From Vibrio vulnificus CMCP6 (GTDB taxonomy: Bacteria; Pseudomonadota; Gammaproteobacteria; Enterobacterales; Vibrionaceae): a stretch of 32,000 nucleotides of DNA. Below, in pieces: positions 29,157-32,000 of the stretch. The position numbers and the translations under genes were made by a program. Numbering within the stretch: position 1 is the first letter of the stretch; each line of letters starts with the position of its first letter. The notes below the pieces were generated by a model. That model searched no databases, was not told the DNA's origin, and saw only the letters and a list, made by a program, of their open reading frames with translations. The DNA lies in assembly GCF_000039765.1 (NCBI RefSeq), contig NC_004460.2:540001-572000 (forward strand), given 5' to 3'.

Positions 29157-29190
29157 AGTAGGAACAACTTGATAGTAGGAACAACTTGAT
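29157..29190. repeat. Perfect 17-bp tandem duplication
   Basis: AGTAGGAACAACTTGAT twice back-to-back (29157-29173, 29174-29190). Confidence 0.9.
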
Positions 29191-29305
29191 GAGACGAAAC
29201 GGATGAGCAAAATTCTGTAGCCAAATGAGATCGTGAAATCCAACAGTAACACTGTTAGCTTAGCTAAGAAATTCAGATTAAGTTATTGATTTTGAATCAG
29301 AGAAT

Positions 29306-29381
<76 letters not shown>

Positions 29382-29494
29382 CATCGTGAGGACGGGGTCT
29401 ACTATGCCACAACTTAGATAAAAGAAAAGCCCTAATAAGTTCAATCGGTTAATTCAGCACCAACTTCTTTCCTAGATGCTCAAATTGCGTGCAC

Positions 29495-30886
29495 TCAGTC
29501 AAATAATCGAGCAACGCACGCCTGATTTTTGCCAAGCCGCTTAGCTTGATACATCAACTTATCAGCCATCCCTAGGTCGATATGGCCATTGGAAAACGGG
29601 TAATACGCACAGCCCAAACTGATAGTCACGCCTTCGGGAACGTTATTAAATGTGAGCTTCTCGACCACATGGCACACCTTTTTAGCCAGTGCTTGTGCAT
29701 CAGTAAACGCCAAACCAAACGCGACAATGGCAAACTCTTCGCCACCAATACGAGCGTAAAGCGCGTCACTCGGCAACGTTTCATCCACCTGCGTCGCCAC
29801 ATTTTGAATCACCAGATCGCCCGTCGCATGACCATAGCTGTCGTTGATTCGTTTAAAGTCATCAATATCAAAAATCAGTACTGAAACCGATACGGCTTCA
29901 GGTGAAAGGTTTTTCAATTGCTCCATGAAGTGACGGCGATTACTGATTTGGGTTAAGTAGTCTTGTTGTGAGAGTTGCAGCAAGTTTTCATTTGCCAACT
30001 GCAATTCGCGGGTTCTTGCTTTGACGGCTCGCTTCAGCACGATGATGTAAGCAAGGGAAGTCAGCCCAAAAAGAGCAAGTATCGAAGGGAACAAAAATTT
30101 CGGGTAGACGGTTTGTACCGTGATCCAACTGGTGATCGTTCGCTCTATCAATTCTTCCCCCACCACCTTAAAACCGGCGTTAATGGTCGAAAGCAGTGCA
30201 CTCCCCTCTGCTACCGCTGGGCGAATCTCACCGGAATAGAGATAAAGTGCAGGAATAAAAGTGACGGTTTGAGCAGTGGTGTAGATATAAAAATTAGCGA
30301 CTTGGAGATCGGCAACAAAAGCGTCGATTTCTTCTCGAAACGCCGCCTCCATCATCAAGCGGTTATTCTTGAATCTAACCAGCGGTAACTTAGGGAAATG
30401 AGTTTGAACAAAGTACTCTTCATAACCCCCTTCCACCACACCCACACCTCGATTACCGTCTCCAGTGAGAAAAAAGTTGAGATCTGTCGTGATGATCCTT
30501 TGACTTAGATAGAGCTGAGTATTGATCGTCATAATAGGTTCAGCGAAATCAAACCTTAGCTCTCTTGGCTCAGACCACAACATCCCAGCGTGCACGTCTG
30601 CTTTGCCTTCTTCCACCGCGGTTAACGAATCATTCCAATCCACAAGTACAAACTCAATGTCGACACCATTTTGCTCACCGTACAGCTTCCAGAGATCAAT
30701 CAAGATGCCTCTTGGACTCCCATCTTCTGCTAGATAAGAGAACGGCTTCCAAGCCTTGGAATTGGTGACTCGAAGCGTTTTTCTTTCTTGCTCTTTAGCG
30801 CTAACAAAAATGGAAAACAGGCCAATTAAGCTGAACGCAAGCAGTAATATTGCGGATTTTTTCATCATTGTTTTAAGTGAGTGCAC
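29495..30886 (-). CDS. Diguanylate cyclase with periplasmic SBP_bac_3-like sensor domain
   Basis: 463 aa; signal sequence; 'LRVTNSKAWKPFSYLAEDGSPRGILIDLW' sensor; TM segment; 'LTQISNRRHF', 'DIDDFKRINDSYGHATGD', active-site 'RIGGEEFAI'. Confidence 0.92.
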   Translation of the reverse strand: MHSLKTMMKKSAILLLAFSLIGLFSIFVSAKEQERKTLRVTNSKAWKPFSYLAEDGSPRGILIDLWKLYGEQNGVDIEFVLVDWNDSLTAVEEGKADVHAGMLWSEPRELRFDFAEPIMTINTQLYLSQRIITTDLNFFLTGDGNRGVGVVEGGYEEYFVQTHFPKLPLVRFKNNRLMMEAAFREEIDAFVADLQVANFYIYTTAQTVTFIPALYLYSGEIRPAVAEGSALLSTINAGFKVVGEELIERTITSWITVQTVYPKFLFPSILALFGLTSLAYIIVLKRAVKARTRELQLANENLLQLSQQDYLTQISNRRHFMEQLKNLSPEAVSVSVLIFDIDDFKRINDSYGHATGDLVIQNVATQVDETLPSDALYARIGGEEFAIVAFGLAFTDAQALAKKVCHVVEKLTFNNVPEGVTISLGCAYYPFSNGHIDLGMADKLMYQAKRLGKNQACVARLFD

Positions 30887-31179
30887 CTTGTCAGGAGGAG
30901 AAATTCTCGTCCGCTATTTCTCATTGATGAACACGCCAAATTCATATGGTCAGTACAACGAAGCCATTAAAATAATTAAGCGACATGTCAATTATAAGCG
31001 TTGTTCTAGAGTTTGTAGTGATATCGTTAACGTTAGAATTTTCAATTATTGATAGAATAATAACTCTAAGCAACAGAGATTTTTATAAATTATTTTATGA
31101 CAAAAATGAGCTAAAGATCTCGCTAAGTGTTAACGTCTCTGCTACTTTATCGCCATTTTTGATCGTTTCACAATTTAAC

Positions 31180-32000
31180 ATGCCAACGCAGTACCGAATT
31201 AATAAAATCGTTGAAATTGGAGATACTCTGCATCGTAGTGGCTGTGCGCCTTACAAAGTAGAAAAGTACGCTCAATACTATGCGCAAAAACACGATGTTG
31301 ATGTCATGATTCAGGCGACGCCAACCGCGATTAACTATCAGTTTTCTGATGAAAACAACACCGTCGTCATGAAACGCCTAAAACCAGCATCCATCAACTT
31401 AAGTTTGCTGGCAAATACCATTATTCGCATTAACCAACCCAGCCATGAACCTGTCCCTGAGCCCGTTGGCTATTCCAAATGGGTGATTGCGATGGCAAAC
31501 ATGGGCATACCGCCGGCCTATTTAATGTTGGTGGGCAGCACATTAGAAGCGGTGGGAATCGCGTTTTTGCTGGGGCTGATGGTATGGCTTTGCCAGCAAG
31601 TGTTCCATTCTCGTCGTTCTATTGCAGTCGAATTTTTCTCTGCCCTGCTTACTGGTATTTGTGTCGCGTACTTAGCCAACAGTGGATTGCCGATCCCCGT
31701 CTGGGCACTGTGTGTCGCCTCGGTTATCTTGTTTGTTCCTGGCCTATCCATTGCTAACTCTTTGGAATGTTTGGCTTTTAACGATTTAATTTCCGGCACC
31801 AGTTTACTTGGCCAGAGTGCGCTCACCTTAATTAAGCTGTTTGTGGGTATTGTCATGGGGCTGAATATCGGTGAAGCGATATGGGGACAAGCGGAGTCGA
31901 TTTCCTACACCAATGAAGTGCCGTTTTGGATGCATATCTTCGGTCTATTTTTGCTGTCAATTTCACTCGGCATTTTGTTTAATGCGCGCCCAATAGACAT
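31180..32000 (+). CDS. Threonine/serine exporter family (ThrE/YjjP-like), truncated by window edge
   Basis: Open frame from ATG 31180 to the window end, absent from the supplied track: 'MPTQYRINKIVEIGDTLHRSGCAPYKVEKYAQYYAQKHDVDVMIQATPTAINYQF...RINQPSHEPVPEP...' followed by several hydrophobic segments. Confidence 0.75.
   Translation, partial: MPTQYRINKIVEIGDTLHRSGCAPYKVEKYAQYYAQKHDVDVMIQATPTAINYQFSDENNTVVMKRLKPASINLSLLANTIIRINQPSHEPVPEPVGYSKWVIAMANMGIPPAYLMLVGSTLEAVGIAFLLGLMVWLCQQVFHSRRSIAVEFFSALLTGICVAYLANSGLPIPVWALCVASVILFVPGLSIANSLECLAFNDLISGTSLLGQSALTLIKLFVGIVMGLNIGEAIWGQAESISYTNEVPFWMHIFGLFLLSISLGILFNARPID

Overview
This 32 kb window looks like Vibrio chromosome (judged from gene content and order, no database search run), with ordinary metabolic and regulatory content. 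It contains: an orphan periplasmic solute-binding protein; a RES-domain gene split by a frameshift; a large divergent branched-chain amino-acid/acyl-CoA degradation locus (minus strand: thiolase, mmsA, acyl-CoA dehydrogenase, enoyl-CoA hydratase, 3-hydroxyisobutyryl-CoA hydrolase-like, mmsB, SDR; plus strand: liuR-like MerR, liuA, liuB, liuC, liuE); ahpC-ahpF; a cold-shock protein; three small ORFs, two of them absent from the supplied track; a CaCA-type Ca/Na antiporter preceded by a probable yybP-ykoY (Mn2+) riboswitch; a TetR/curA-like reductase/GST electrophile-response locus with duplicated operators; a tandem DUF3012-like lipoprotein; a uhpT-uhpA-uhpB-uhpC locus; manA; tRNA-Gly(UCC); an SBP-GGDEF protein; and a truncated ThrE/YjjP-family transporter at the right edge. 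I found no CRISPR, transposase, phage module or recognisable defence island. The best second-look signals are the riboswitch on a CaCA antiporter gene, the strong RNA hairpin between ahpC and ahpF, the LiuR-like divergent promoter with a 19-bp spacer, the apparent absence of the biotin-carrying methylcrotonyl-CoA carboxylase subunit from an otherwise complete liu cluster, and the duplicated TetR operators.
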